A DNA stretch of 24,000 nt from an uncultured Nitrospirales bacterium (GTDB lineage Bacteria > Nitrospirota > Nitrospiria > Nitrospirales > Nitrospiraceae), in contig CAYJUM010000025.1 of assembly GCA_964373355.1 (NCBI GenBank), positions 7,366-31,365 of the forward strand, read 5' to 3'. A model generated the notes under the pieces. That model was not told the DNA's origin, made no database searches, and was given only the letters and a program-made list of their open reading frames with translations. Positions 7,878 through 15,687 of the stretch are shown piece after piece (within the stretch, counting starts at the first letter, position 1; every line of letters starts with the position of its first letter). Made by a program: the position numbers and the translations under genes.

Positions 7878-7906
7878 TTGATTTTTGCCATTTGCTGTGT
7901 TACAAC
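7878..7906 (+). promoter_or_regulatory. Candidate promoter for smc in a locally AT-rich patch
   Basis: TTGATT (7878-7883), a 17-nt spacer, then TGtTACAAC (extended -10, 7898-7906), about 60 nt upstream of the smc start. Motif match only. Confidence 0.3.
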
Positions 7907-7967
7907 CGCGCAGCCGGCATTCCTGCGTAGGGGGCGGTGTCCAGGCCGTGAACCTATCCATGAGGGG

Positions 7968-10900
7968 ATGATGTACCTCAAGTCGCTCGAGCTCACGGGG
8001 TTCAAGTCGTTCGTCCAGGCCCGGATCGACTTCCCGGCCGGCATCACCGCCGTGGTCGGTCCCAATGGCACGGGCAAGACCAACGTGGTGGACGCCATCC
8101 TCTGGGTGCTGGGCGAACAGAGCACGAAGACGCTGCGGAGCGACCGGATGGAGGACGTGATCTTCAACGGCACCGAGACCCAAAAGCCGCTGGGGATGGC
8201 GGAGGTCTCCCTGATCATGAGCGGGCTCTCCGAGCGGAACTTCGAGGGTGTGACGCTGCCGCACGGGCTGGGCGACTTTCAGGAAGTCATGATCACCCGG
8301 CGGCTGTTCCGGAACGGCGACAGCGAGTACCTCATCAATAAGACCCTCTGCCGCTTGAAGGACATCCGCAGCCTGTTTCTCGACACCCGGGCGGGGAGCA
8401 AGGGCCACACGATCATCGAGCAGGGGCGGATCGACCAGATCTTGAACGCCTCGCCACAGGATCGTCGCGAGCTGATCGAGGAGACCGCCGGCATCGTGCG
8501 TTACAAGAAGCAGAAGGCCGAGGCCCTCCGGAAGCTCGAAGCCACCCAGCAGAACCTGCTGCGCGTCCGGGACATCATCGCGGAAGTCCGCCGCCAGTTG
8601 AACTCGCTCGAGCGCCAGGCCCGGCAGGCCCGGAGCTACCAGACCCTGCAGGGTGAAGCGAGGCTGCTGGAGCTTCGCTTGCTGGTCCGTGAGTACCAAG
8701 GGTTGCTGGCCGCGCAGGAAACCGAGGAGGCCGAGCTCGCCGGGCTGGAATCGGTGGAGGCCGGGCAGCTCGCCGAGCAGGCGCGCCTGACCCGGGACGT
8801 CGAGGCCGTGAAGCTGGGCCTCACCACCTGCGATCAGACGATGAGCCGACTGCGCGAGGAGCTCGGCGGCGTCGAGCAGCGCCAGGGGCAGGCGGTGACC
8901 GCCACCGAAGTGGAACGGGAGCGTCTGAAGCTCTACGAGCAGCAGCGCGGCCAGGCCCGCGAGGATCTGCAGCGCCTCAAGGCGGACGCCGAGCAGGCGA
9001 CGGTCACGATCGCGGAGGCCGAAACCGCGCTCGTCAAGGCCGACGCCATGATCAGGGAGCAGGGCAAGACGGTCTCGGCGCTCGAGCAGGAGGCGGTGCG
9101 CCTCGCGACCGGACGGGCCGAGGCCCTCGAGGAGCTCGAGCGGGCCCGTCGCAGGATCATGGACCTGACGGTGGAGGCGGCCGGCGCCGAGAACGCCGTG
9201 ACGAGCCTCGATGCGCGCCGGCAGGAGGCGGCGCGGCGGGCCGAGCGGCTGGCGAGCGAGCGGGGTGAGCTCGAGACCCAGCGCGCGGCGGTGTCGGGCC
9301 GCCTGCAAGACCTCCTGCGCCACCGGGACGCCGGGCGGGCCCGCCTGCAAGACCTGCAAGCCTCCCGGGAGAGCCGGGCGCAGGAGTGCCGGGATGTGGA
9401 AGAGGAGCTGCAGGAGCTCGGCGGCCGGCTCGGCGGGCGGCAGCAGGAGCTGGCCGGCGTCCAGTCGCGTGCCAGGGCCCTGCAGGGCATGCTGCGCGAA
9501 GAGATGGGGTACGGCCGGGAAGGGGACGAACACGCCAGATCCCTGCGCGAGGCGTGCGCCGGCATCCGCGCGGCCGTGGCCGAGGGGCTGGAGGTGCCGC
9601 CGCGGCTGGTCCCGGCGGTGGAAGCGGTCCTGGGGGAACGGCTCCGTGCCTGGATCGTGAGTCATCCGAAGGACGGGCGCCAGGCCGTCGGATTCCTCGC
9701 GGAGCGCGGCCTGGGCCGCGGCGCATTCGTGCCGCAAAAGCCCCGCATCGGCACGGCCGGCAAGCAGGCGCCGGGCTGGTGGGCCGCCCTCCGGCACGAA
9801 GCGGGCGTCCTCGGCAGGGTGATCGAGCTGGTGACGGTGTCGAAGGAATGGCGGGACGCATTCGTGTGCCTGCTCGCCGACGTGGTGGTGGTCGAGAGCC
9901 TGGATGCCGCGCTGCGGATCTGGGAGAGCGGCAACTGGACCCGCGGCGCGGGCCCGATGCTCGTCACGCTCGACGGCGTCACGATCGATCCGGCCGGCGT
10001 CATGACCGGCGGCAAGACGGGCGCCTCCGGCGGTCTGCTGCAGCGCCGAGAGGAAAGCCGCGAGCTGGAGGCGAAGGAGCGCGAGCTGGCGCAGGCGGTC
10101 GAGACGACGCGGCGTCTCATCGAGCAGGCGTCGGCCCGCCAGGAATCGCTGCGCCAGCAGCTCGAAGCCCTGGAGGCGGACATCCGTGCGGCGGAGATGC
10201 AGGAGATCGGGCTCGCCAAGGATACCGAAGGGCTCACGCAACGACTCGAGGAACTGGGCCGCGGGGTCGAGGTCATCGACTCCGAGGAGACCAACGAGCA
10301 GGACGTCCGCCGCGGATGCGACACGGAGATCGCCGCGGCGCAGGAGCGCCTGGCGCAGACGCGTGCTGCGCAGGACCGGGAAGAGCAGGCGCTGCGCGCC
10401 CTGGCCACGGCCGTGGCGGCCAGGGAGCAGGAGGGCCACGCGCTGCAGGAGCGGCTCGGCGCGGCCCGGCTGGCGCTGACCACGCTGAGCGAGCGGCGGG
10501 AACGCCATGCCACCGACCTCACCCGTCTGCGAAGCGAGCGAGAGGAGCGCGCCGGCGCGATTCAGTCGTTGGAGCGTCAGATCACCGCGCTGGAGTCGCA
10601 GACCCGGCGCAGTTACGCGGAACGGGACCGCCACGAGGCGCTCTTCAAGGAGCTCGAGCAGCAGGCGGCGCGCCTCAAGGCCGACCTGCAGTTGGCGCAG
10701 GAGACACAGACCCGAGGGATCGAGGAGCTGAAAGGGCTGGAGCACCGGCTGGGGACGGTGCGTGAGGCGCTGGCCTCTGGCCGCGAGACGAGGACCGCCG
10801 TGGCGGTCCGCCTGGCCCAGCTCAAGACCCGGAAGGCGGCGGTCGAGGAGACGCTCGGCGCCACCTATCAATTGTCCATCGAGTCGGCGCTCGAGGAGGT

Positions 10901-11636
10901 CTCCACGCCCCAGGCCTCGAAAGAAGGCGAGGAGCCCCCGGCCGATCCCACCGTGCTCTGGAAGGAGCAACTCCAGAAGGTCCGGGAGCGGCTCCATCGG
11001 CTGGGCCCCATCAATCTCGCCGCGATCGAAGAGCACCGGGAGCTGGAGGAACGCTACCGGTTTCTCACGAGCCAGGATACGGACCTCTCCTCCTCCATCA
11101 ACTCCTTGAAGGAGATCATCCACCGGATCAACAAGACGACCGAAGAGATGTTCGTGCAGACCTTCGAGGAACTGCGGGCGAAATTCAGCGAGATGTTCGT
11201 GCGGTTCTTCCGCGGCGGGCGGGCGGAGCTCATCCTCACGCACGAAGAGGAGTCTCCGGAGCTGCAGAATGGTTCGCGTCCGGATCCGGGCGTGGACATC
11301 GTGGTCCAGCCGCCCGGGAAACGGCTCAAGAATATCTCCATGCTGTCGGGCGGCGAGAAGACCCTGACGGCCATGGCCCTGCTGTTCGCGAGCTTCCTGA
11401 TCCGGCCGACGCCGTTCTGCATCCTGGATGAGATCGACGCGCCGCTGGATGAGGAAAACATCGGGCGGTTCACGCACGTGCTGCGGGAGATGGCGCAGCA
11501 GTCGCAGTTCATCGTGATCACGCACAACAAGCGCACGATGGAGGTCGTGGACTCCTTGTTCGGCGTGACCATGGAGGAGCCCGGCATCTCCAAGCTCATT
11601 TCGGTGCGCCTCACCGATCTGCAACCGGTTTTGTGA
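7968..11636 (+). CDS. smc: Chromosome partition/condensation protein SMC
   Basis: N-terminal head MMYLKSLELTGFKSF with Walker A GPNGTGKTNVVDAI. Long Glu/Arg/Leu/Ala-rich coiled-coil arms flank a central hinge. The C-terminal head carries signature LSGGEKTLTAMALLFA and Walker B FCILDEIDAPLD. I place the start at ATG 7968 or 7971, after GAGGGG (7962-7967). The track start at 7836 adds an implausible Cys-rich leader. Confidence 0.93.
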   Translation: MMYLKSLELTGFKSFVQARIDFPAGITAVVGPNGTGKTNVVDAILWVLGEQSTKTLRSDRMEDVIFNGTETQKPLGMAEVSLIMSGLSERNFEGVTLPHGLGDFQEVMITRRLFRNGDSEYLINKTLCRLKDIRSLFLDTRAGSKGHTIIEQGRIDQILNASPQDRRELIEETAGIVRYKKQKAEALRKLEATQQNLLRVRDIIAEVRRQLNSLERQARQARSYQTLQGEARLLELRLLVREYQGLLAAQETEEAELAGLESVEAGQLAEQARLTRDVEAVKLGLTTCDQTMSRLREELGGVEQRQGQAVTATEVERERLKLYEQQRGQAREDLQRLKADAEQATVTIAEAETALVKADAMIREQGKTVSALEQEAVRLATGRAEALEELERARRRIMDLTVEAAGAENAVTSLDARRQEAARRAERLASERGELETQRAAVSGRLQDLLRHRDAGRARLQDLQASRESRAQECRDVEEELQELGGRLGGRQQELAGVQSRARALQGMLREEMGYGREGDEHARSLREACAGIRAAVAEGLEVPPRLVPAVEAVLGERLRAWIVSHPKDGRQAVGFLAERGLGRGAFVPQKPRIGTAGKQAPGWWAALRHEAGVLGRVIELVTVSKEWRDAFVCLLADVVVVESLDAALRIWESGNWTRGAGPMLVTLDGVTIDPAGVMTGGKTGASGGLLQRREESRELEAKERELAQAVETTRRLIEQASARQESLRQQLEALEADIRAAEMQEIGLAKDTEGLTQRLEELGRGVEVIDSEETNEQDVRRGCDTEIAAAQERLAQTRAAQDREEQALRALATAVAAREQEGHALQERLGAARLALTTLSERRERHATDLTRLRSEREERAGAIQSLERQITALESQTRRSYAERDRHEALFKELEQQAARLKADLQLAQETQTRGIEELKGLEHRLGTVREALASGRETRTAVAVRLAQLKTRKAAVEETLGATYQLSIESALEEVSTPQASKEGEEPPADPTVLWKEQLQKVRERLHRLGPINLAAIEEHRELEERYRFLTSQDTDLSSSINSLKEIIHRINKTTEEMFVQTFEELRAKFSEMFVRFFRGGRAELILTHEEESPELQNGSRPDPGVDIVVQPPGKRLKNISMLSGGEKTLTAMALLFASFLIRPTPFCILDEIDAPLDEENIGRFTHVLREMAQQSQFIVITHNKRTMEVVDSLFGVTMEEPGISKLISVRLTDLQPVL

Positions 11637-11639
11637 CCG

Positions 11640-11668
11640 CATCACCCATCACCCTTCACGCATCACGC
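11640..11668 (+). repeat. Heptamer tract (locus D): atcaccc atcaccc ttcacgc atcacgc
   Basis: It starts 4 nt after the smc stop. CATCACCCATCACC (11640-11653) is identical to the reverse complement of 5815-5828 in locus B. CTTCACGC is shared with locus C. Confidence 0.8.
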
Positions 11669-11682
11669 CCGCCTTGGGCGTG
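11664..11682 (+). terminator. Short GC hairpin after smc
   Basis: CACGCCC (11664-11670) pairs with GGGCGTG (11676-11682) around the loop GCCTT. No U-tract follows. It overlaps the last heptamer of locus D. Confidence 0.3.
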
Positions 11683-11690
11683 CGCAAACC

Positions 11691-11720
11691 TTGACACTCC
11701 GCAAATCGGTTTGCTATAAG
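11691..11720 (+). promoter_or_regulatory. Candidate promoter for shc (extended -10 type)
   Basis: Perfect TTGACA (11691-11696), then TGcTATAAG (11712-11720), giving an 18-nt spacer to the -10 hexamer. About 100 nt upstream of the shc start. Confidence 0.45.
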
Positions 11721-11817
11721 CCCCCTATGCAGTCCTGCGTGCCCCGCCCTTTCCCCGCGCGCCATTGGCCCCCGTCGGTGCCGTCGTCCAGCGTGGCGTG
11801 AGCCCGGTCACCGGTAC

Positions 11818-13980
11818 ATGAAACTCCTGAAGATTCTGATCACCCGACTGTCAGGCGGACTGTTTGCCTCGGTCTCCGATCGCCTGCGGTCAGGGGCGGA
11901 CCGCCACGCGTCGCCCACGCTGCGGCTCGTCTCGCACAACACCCTGGCCGGCGCGGCGCCGGAGATGGTGCGCCGGACCGGCTCGGCCGTCGGCCAGTCG
12001 GAAGCGGTGGATGACGCCATCCGGCGCAGCCAGCACTGGCTGCTGTCCCGCCAGGACCCCGAAGGGTTCTGGGTCGCCGAGCTGGAGGCCGACAGCACGC
12101 TGACGTCCGAATACCTGATGCTGCGGCGGTTCCTGGACCGGGTGGACCCGGAACGCGAGCGGAAGGCCGTCCACTACCTCCGGTACACGCAGCTTCCCGA
12201 CGGCGGCTGGCCGATCTATGCCGGCGGTCCCTCGGAGATCAGCGCGTCGGTCAAGGCGTACTTCGCCCTGAAGCTGGCCGGCGTCTCCGCGGACGAGCCG
12301 TTCATGACGCGGGCCAAGGAGTGCATCCTGGCCAAGGGGGGCGTCGTGGCGGCGAATGTCTTCACGAAGATCACCCTGACCCTGTTCGACCAGTATGACT
12401 GGCGGGGCATCCCGAGCATGCCCGCCGAGATCATGCTGCTGCCGACGCGCTTCTACTTCAGCCTCTCTGCCATCTCCTACTGGTCCCGCACGGTGCTGAT
12501 CCCGCTCCTGATCGTCTTCGCCCATCGGCCGGTGTGCCGGATTCCTGCGGCGCAGGGGATCGACGAGCTCTATCTCACGCCGCGCGAGCGGATCCGCTAC
12601 CGGAAGGAGCCGCCGTTTAACAAGGATGCCCGGTTGCTGACGTGGCGGAATCTCTTCATCACGCTGGACCTGTGCCTCAAACTCTACGACCGCATGCCGG
12701 TCCGCGCCCTGCGGAAGAGGGCGCTGCAGAAGGCGGCCGCCTGGATGCTCGAGCACATGAACGGCACAGGGGGGCTCGGGGCGATCTATCCGGCCATGGC
12801 CAACTCGATCTTCGCGCTGCGCAGCCTCGGGTATCCGGCCGACCATCCGTTGGTTACGAAGGCCCTCGGCGAGATCGAAGCCTTGGAGGTGTACAGCGCC
12901 GTCAAGGACGGCCACCGTGAGGTGGAGACCCTGCATCTCCAGCCCTGCTTCTCTCCCGTGTGGGACACTTCGCTCCTCATGAACGCGCTCGTCGAAGCCG
13001 GTCTCCGTCCCGATCATTCGGCGCTGGTGAAGGCGGCCGCCTGGCTCCGGGCCCGCCAGACGACGACGCCGGGAGACTGGAAAATGTCCGCCCCTTCGGC
13101 GGAGCCGGGAGGCTGGGCGTTCCAGTTCGAGAACGAGTGGTACCCCGATGTGGACGATACGGCCGTGGTGTTGATGGCCTTGGCCAAGCTCCGCCATCCG
13201 CCGAGCGCCCCGGCGCTCCAGCGGGGCCATCGCTGGGTCCTGGCGATGCAGGGCTCGGACGGGGGCTGGGGGTCCTACGACAAGGACAACAACCATCTGG
13301 TCTTCAACCTCATCCCCTTCGCGGACCACCGCGCCTTGCTGGACCCCAGCACCGCAGACTTGACCGGCCGCTGCCTGGAGTACCTCGGGACCGTCGGGTA
13401 CGACCGGTCGCATCCCGCGGCGGGACCGGCCGTGGACTTTCTCCGCCGGGAGCAGGAGGCGGACGGGAGCTGGTACGGGCGGTGGGGTGTCAATTACCTC
13501 TACGGGACCTGGTCGGTGCTGACCGGCTTGCGCGCGATCGGGGAGGACATGTCCGCGCCGTACGTCCGGAAGGCCATCGAATGGCTCGAATCCCGGCAGA
13601 ACCCCGACGGCGGCTGGGGAGAATCCTGTCTGAGTTATGCGGACCCGGCGATGGCCGGCCGGGGAGACAGCACGCCGTCCCAGACCGCATGGGCGTTGCT
13701 GGCGCTGCTCTCGGGGGGCGTGTCCGATTCGATCAGCGTGGTGCGCGGCGTGCATTTTCTGCTTCGGCACCAGCGGGAAGACGGCTCCTGGACGGAAGAG
13801 CGGCATACCGGCACCGGCTTCCCGCGCGTCTTTTATCTGCGCTACCACTGGTACTGCCAATACTTTCCGCTCTGGGCTCTCGCCATGTACCGGAACGTGC
13901 GCGCTCGCGGGCAGAGCAAGGCCGATGAGCTCCGTCACATCGCCCGTGACACGGGGTGGTTCCGGTCCATCGTCGGATAG
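11818..13980 (+). CDS. shc: Squalene-hopene cyclase
   Basis: The catalytic DxDDTA motif is present (YPDVDDTAVVLMAL). Repeated QW-type motifs occur (RQDPEGFW, QLPDGGWPIY, MQGSDGGWGSY, EQEADGSWYGRWG, RQNPDGGWGES, QREDGSWTE). C-terminus reads GFPRVFYLRYHWYCQYFPLWAL. The start is uncertain: ATG 11818 gives about 45 extra N-terminal residues with coding-like codon bias, and ATG 11965 is the alternative. Confidence 0.93.
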   Translation: MKLLKILITRLSGGLFASVSDRLRSGADRHASPTLRLVSHNTLAGAAPEMVRRTGSAVGQSEAVDDAIRRSQHWLLSRQDPEGFWVAELEADSTLTSEYLMLRRFLDRVDPERERKAVHYLRYTQLPDGGWPIYAGGPSEISASVKAYFALKLAGVSADEPFMTRAKECILAKGGVVAANVFTKITLTLFDQYDWRGIPSMPAEIMLLPTRFYFSLSAISYWSRTVLIPLLIVFAHRPVCRIPAAQGIDELYLTPRERIRYRKEPPFNKDARLLTWRNLFITLDLCLKLYDRMPVRALRKRALQKAAAWMLEHMNGTGGLGAIYPAMANSIFALRSLGYPADHPLVTKALGEIEALEVYSAVKDGHREVETLHLQPCFSPVWDTSLLMNALVEAGLRPDHSALVKAAAWLRARQTTTPGDWKMSAPSAEPGGWAFQFENEWYPDVDDTAVVLMALAKLRHPPSAPALQRGHRWVLAMQGSDGGWGSYDKDNNHLVFNLIPFADHRALLDPSTADLTGRCLEYLGTVGYDRSHPAAGPAVDFLRREQEADGSWYGRWGVNYLYGTWSVLTGLRAIGEDMSAPYVRKAIEWLESRQNPDGGWGESCLSYADPAMAGRGDSTPSQTAWALLALLSGGVSDSISVVRGVHFLLRHQREDGSWTEERHTGTGFPRVFYLRYHWYCQYFPLWALAMYRNVRARGQSKADELRHIARDTGWFRSIVG

Positions 13981-13990
13981 CCTCCGGCCT

Positions 13991-14039
13991 CGTGATCGGT
14001 GATACGTCTTCAATCACCAGTCACGAATCACCAATCACT
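13991..14039. repeat. Heptamer hairpin (locus E) between shc and the hpnG-like gene
   Basis: Left arm is cgtgatc ggtgata (13991-14004). Right arm is aatcacc agtcacg aatcacc aatcact (14012-14039). Positions 13991-14003 pair with 14013-14025: 11 Watson-Crick pairs, one T-G wobble and one mismatch, with a 9-nt loop. GTGATCGGTGAT (13992-14003) is identical to 5809-5820 in locus B. Confidence 0.85.
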
Positions 14040-14042
14040 GCC

Positions 14043-14813
14043 ATGCACGTGGGGATCTTTGTCGCGACGAGATGGGAGGTCAGGGCGATCCGGCAGGCCC
14101 TCACCGTCGAACGGCCCGGCCCCGCCGGCGGGGGCGCGGTCGTGACCGGCCACCGCGGAGCCTGCCGGGTGTCCGTCTTTCAGACCGGCGTGGGAGAGAC
14201 CCGCACGGCTGTGGTCTGCCGCGACGTGCTGGGCAGTCAGCGACTCGAGGCGGCGGTTGCGTCGGGGTTCGCCTGCGCCCTGGGGCCCTACGCGATCGGC
14301 ACCATCTTGATCGGGACGGATGTGATCAGGCAGGATCAGCGGACCGGCCCCCCGGCTGAGGCTCTGCCCTGCACCGAGGAGCTGAGGGGACTGGCGCTCG
14401 AGGCGGCGGTGGCGGCCGGTGTGTCGGCCCGCGCCGGACGGATCGTCACCGTCCCGCACGTCCTCTGGGAAGCGGCGGACAAACGGCGGGTGGCCGCAGC
14501 CTCCGGCGCGATCGGAGCGGACATGGAAAGCGCGGCGGTGGGCGCGGCGGCGCGCGAGCGGCACATCCCCTTCGTGGTGATCCGGGGAGTCTCCGATCTC
14601 ATGGATGAAGACCTCCCGTTCGATTTCAACGAGTACCTCCAGGGAGGCTGGCGCCGGGCGGCGGCGGCCTGCTTGGCCAGGCCCTCGCGTCTGGCCGGCC
14701 TCAATCGGCTGCGGCGGCAAGCGGCCGTGGCCTCGGAGCGCATGACCAGGTTCTACGGCGCATTTCTCGATGCCCTGGAGCCGGCCGCCGAAGGCTCCCC
14801 GAGGGCCTCGTGA
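14043..14813 (+). CDS. hpnG: Hopanoid-associated nucleoside phosphorylase family protein (HpnG-like, PNP/UDP-1 fold)
   Basis: MTA/SAH-nucleosidase-like motifs are present: VGIFVATRWE, FQTGVGETRTA, GADMESAAVGAAA and FVVIRGVSDLMDE. The position directly after shc is typical of hpnG. I place the start at ATG 14043. The track start at 13956 would overlap shc and translate the heptamer repeat. Confidence 0.65.
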   Translation: MHVGIFVATRWEVRAIRQALTVERPGPAGGGAVVTGHRGACRVSVFQTGVGETRTAVVCRDVLGSQRLEAAVASGFACALGPYAIGTILIGTDVIRQDQRTGPPAEALPCTEELRGLALEAAVAAGVSARAGRIVTVPHVLWEAADKRRVAAASGAIGADMESAAVGAAARERHIPFVVIRGVSDLMDEDLPFDFNEYLQGGWRRAAAACLARPSRLAGLNRLRRQAAVASERMTRFYGAFLDALEPAAEGSPRAS

Positions 14814-15589
14814 TGGGTCTACAGGACAGCGTCAGGAAGATCGGCCGCCCCATGACCCTCGTCCTCGAGGACATGGGCCGGATGCTGCTGTTTCTCCTCT
14901 CCACCTTCGGCTGGCTCCTGCGGCCGCCCTTCCGGCCGTTCCAGATCATCAAACAGATGCATTTCATCGGGTTCAAATCGACCTTCGTGGTGGTGCTGAC
15001 CGCCGTCTTCACGGGCATGGTGCTCGGCCTGCAGGGGTACTACACGCTGCGGAAGTTCGGGTCGGAGGGGTTGCTCGGGTCGGCCGTGGCGCTGAGCATC
15101 ATCCGGGAGCTCGGGCCGGTGCTCGCGTCCTTGATGGTCACCGCCCGGGCCGGGTCGGCGATGACGGCGGAGCTCGGCATCATGCGGATCACCGAGCAGA
15201 TCGACGCGCTCGACACCATGGCCATCAATCCCCTCCAGTACCTGGTCGCGCCGAAGGTCGTGGCCGGCCTGCTCGGCGTGCCGTTCCTCGTGGCGATCTT
15301 CGACGTGGTGGGGATCTACGGCGGGTACATCGTGGGGGTCGACCTGCTCGGGGGCAATCCCGGCGCGTACTGGAGCTCAATGGAGTCGTCCGTCGAATGG
15401 AAGGACGTCTACGGCGGCATTCTCAAATCCATCAGTTTCGGATTGCTTATCGCCTGGGTCTGCAGTTACAAGGGCTATTACACGCGGCCGAGCGCCGAGG
15501 GACTGGGCACGGCGACGACCGAGGCCGTGGTGCTGGCGTCCGTGCTGATCCTGGTGTGGGATTATTTCCTGACGTCCGTCCTCCTCTAA
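14813..15589 (+). CDS. mlaE: MlaE-type ABC transporter permease
   Basis: Characteristic MlaE/YrbE blocks: QMHFIGFKSTFVVVLTAVFTGMVLGLQ, LGSAVALSIIRELGPVLASLMVTARAGSAMTAELGIMRITEQIDAL and INPLQYLVAPK. ATG 14813 overlaps the hpnG stop TGA (14811-14813) by 1 nt; GTG 14810 is an alternative start. Confidence 0.9.
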   Translation: MGLQDSVRKIGRPMTLVLEDMGRMLLFLLSTFGWLLRPPFRPFQIIKQMHFIGFKSTFVVVLTAVFTGMVLGLQGYYTLRKFGSEGLLGSAVALSIIRELGPVLASLMVTARAGSAMTAELGIMRITEQIDALDTMAINPLQYLVAPKVVAGLLGVPFLVAIFDVVGIYGGYIVGVDLLGGNPGAYWSSMESSVEWKDVYGGILKSISFGLLIAWVCSYKGYYTRPSAEGLGTATTEAVVLASVLILVWDYFLTSVLL

Positions 15590-15593
15590 AACG

Positions 15594-15682
15594 GTGAGGA
15601 GTAAAGGGTGAAGAGTCAGGGGTTAAGGTGGGAAAGAATCATGATTCCTACCCTTCACCCTTTACTCCTCACTCCTTACTGG
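15594..15682. repeat. Heptamer hairpin (locus F) between mlaE and mlaF; perfect 20-bp stem
   Basis: Left arm is gtgagga gtaaagg gtgaaga gtcaggg gttaagg (15594-15628). Right arm is ctaccct tcaccct ttactcc tcactcc ttactgg (15648-15682). Positions 15594-15613 pair perfectly with 15653-15672. The loop holds a perfect 12-nt palindrome GAATCATGATTC (15636-15647). Confidence 0.92.
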
Positions 15683-15687
15683 CACCG

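Noticed and set aside
7809-11645. 1278-aa minus-strand ORF spanning the whole smc locus
   Set aside because: It is exactly antisense to a gene with unmistakable SMC head, hinge and signature motifs. The translation is Arg/Leu/Pro/Gly-rich low complexity with no motifs. This is a typical long antisense ORF in GC-rich DNA. The internal ORFs 9386..10765 +, 9157..9861 - and 9662..10522 - are rejected for the same reason.
11727-11801. 24-codon upstream ORF (MQSCVPRPFPARHWPPSVPSSSVA) starting at the predicted shc transcription start (possible leaderless uORF)
   Set aside because: It depends entirely on an unverified promoter and start-site prediction. It has no SD, and the peptide composition is what GC-rich non-coding DNA yields. 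It is worth a look only if 5' mapping places the start at 11727.
11890-14013. 707-aa minus-strand ORF opposite shc
   Set aside because: It is antisense to a squalene-hopene cyclase carrying DxDDTA and QW motifs. The translation is Arg/Pro/Gly-rich with no recognisable domain.
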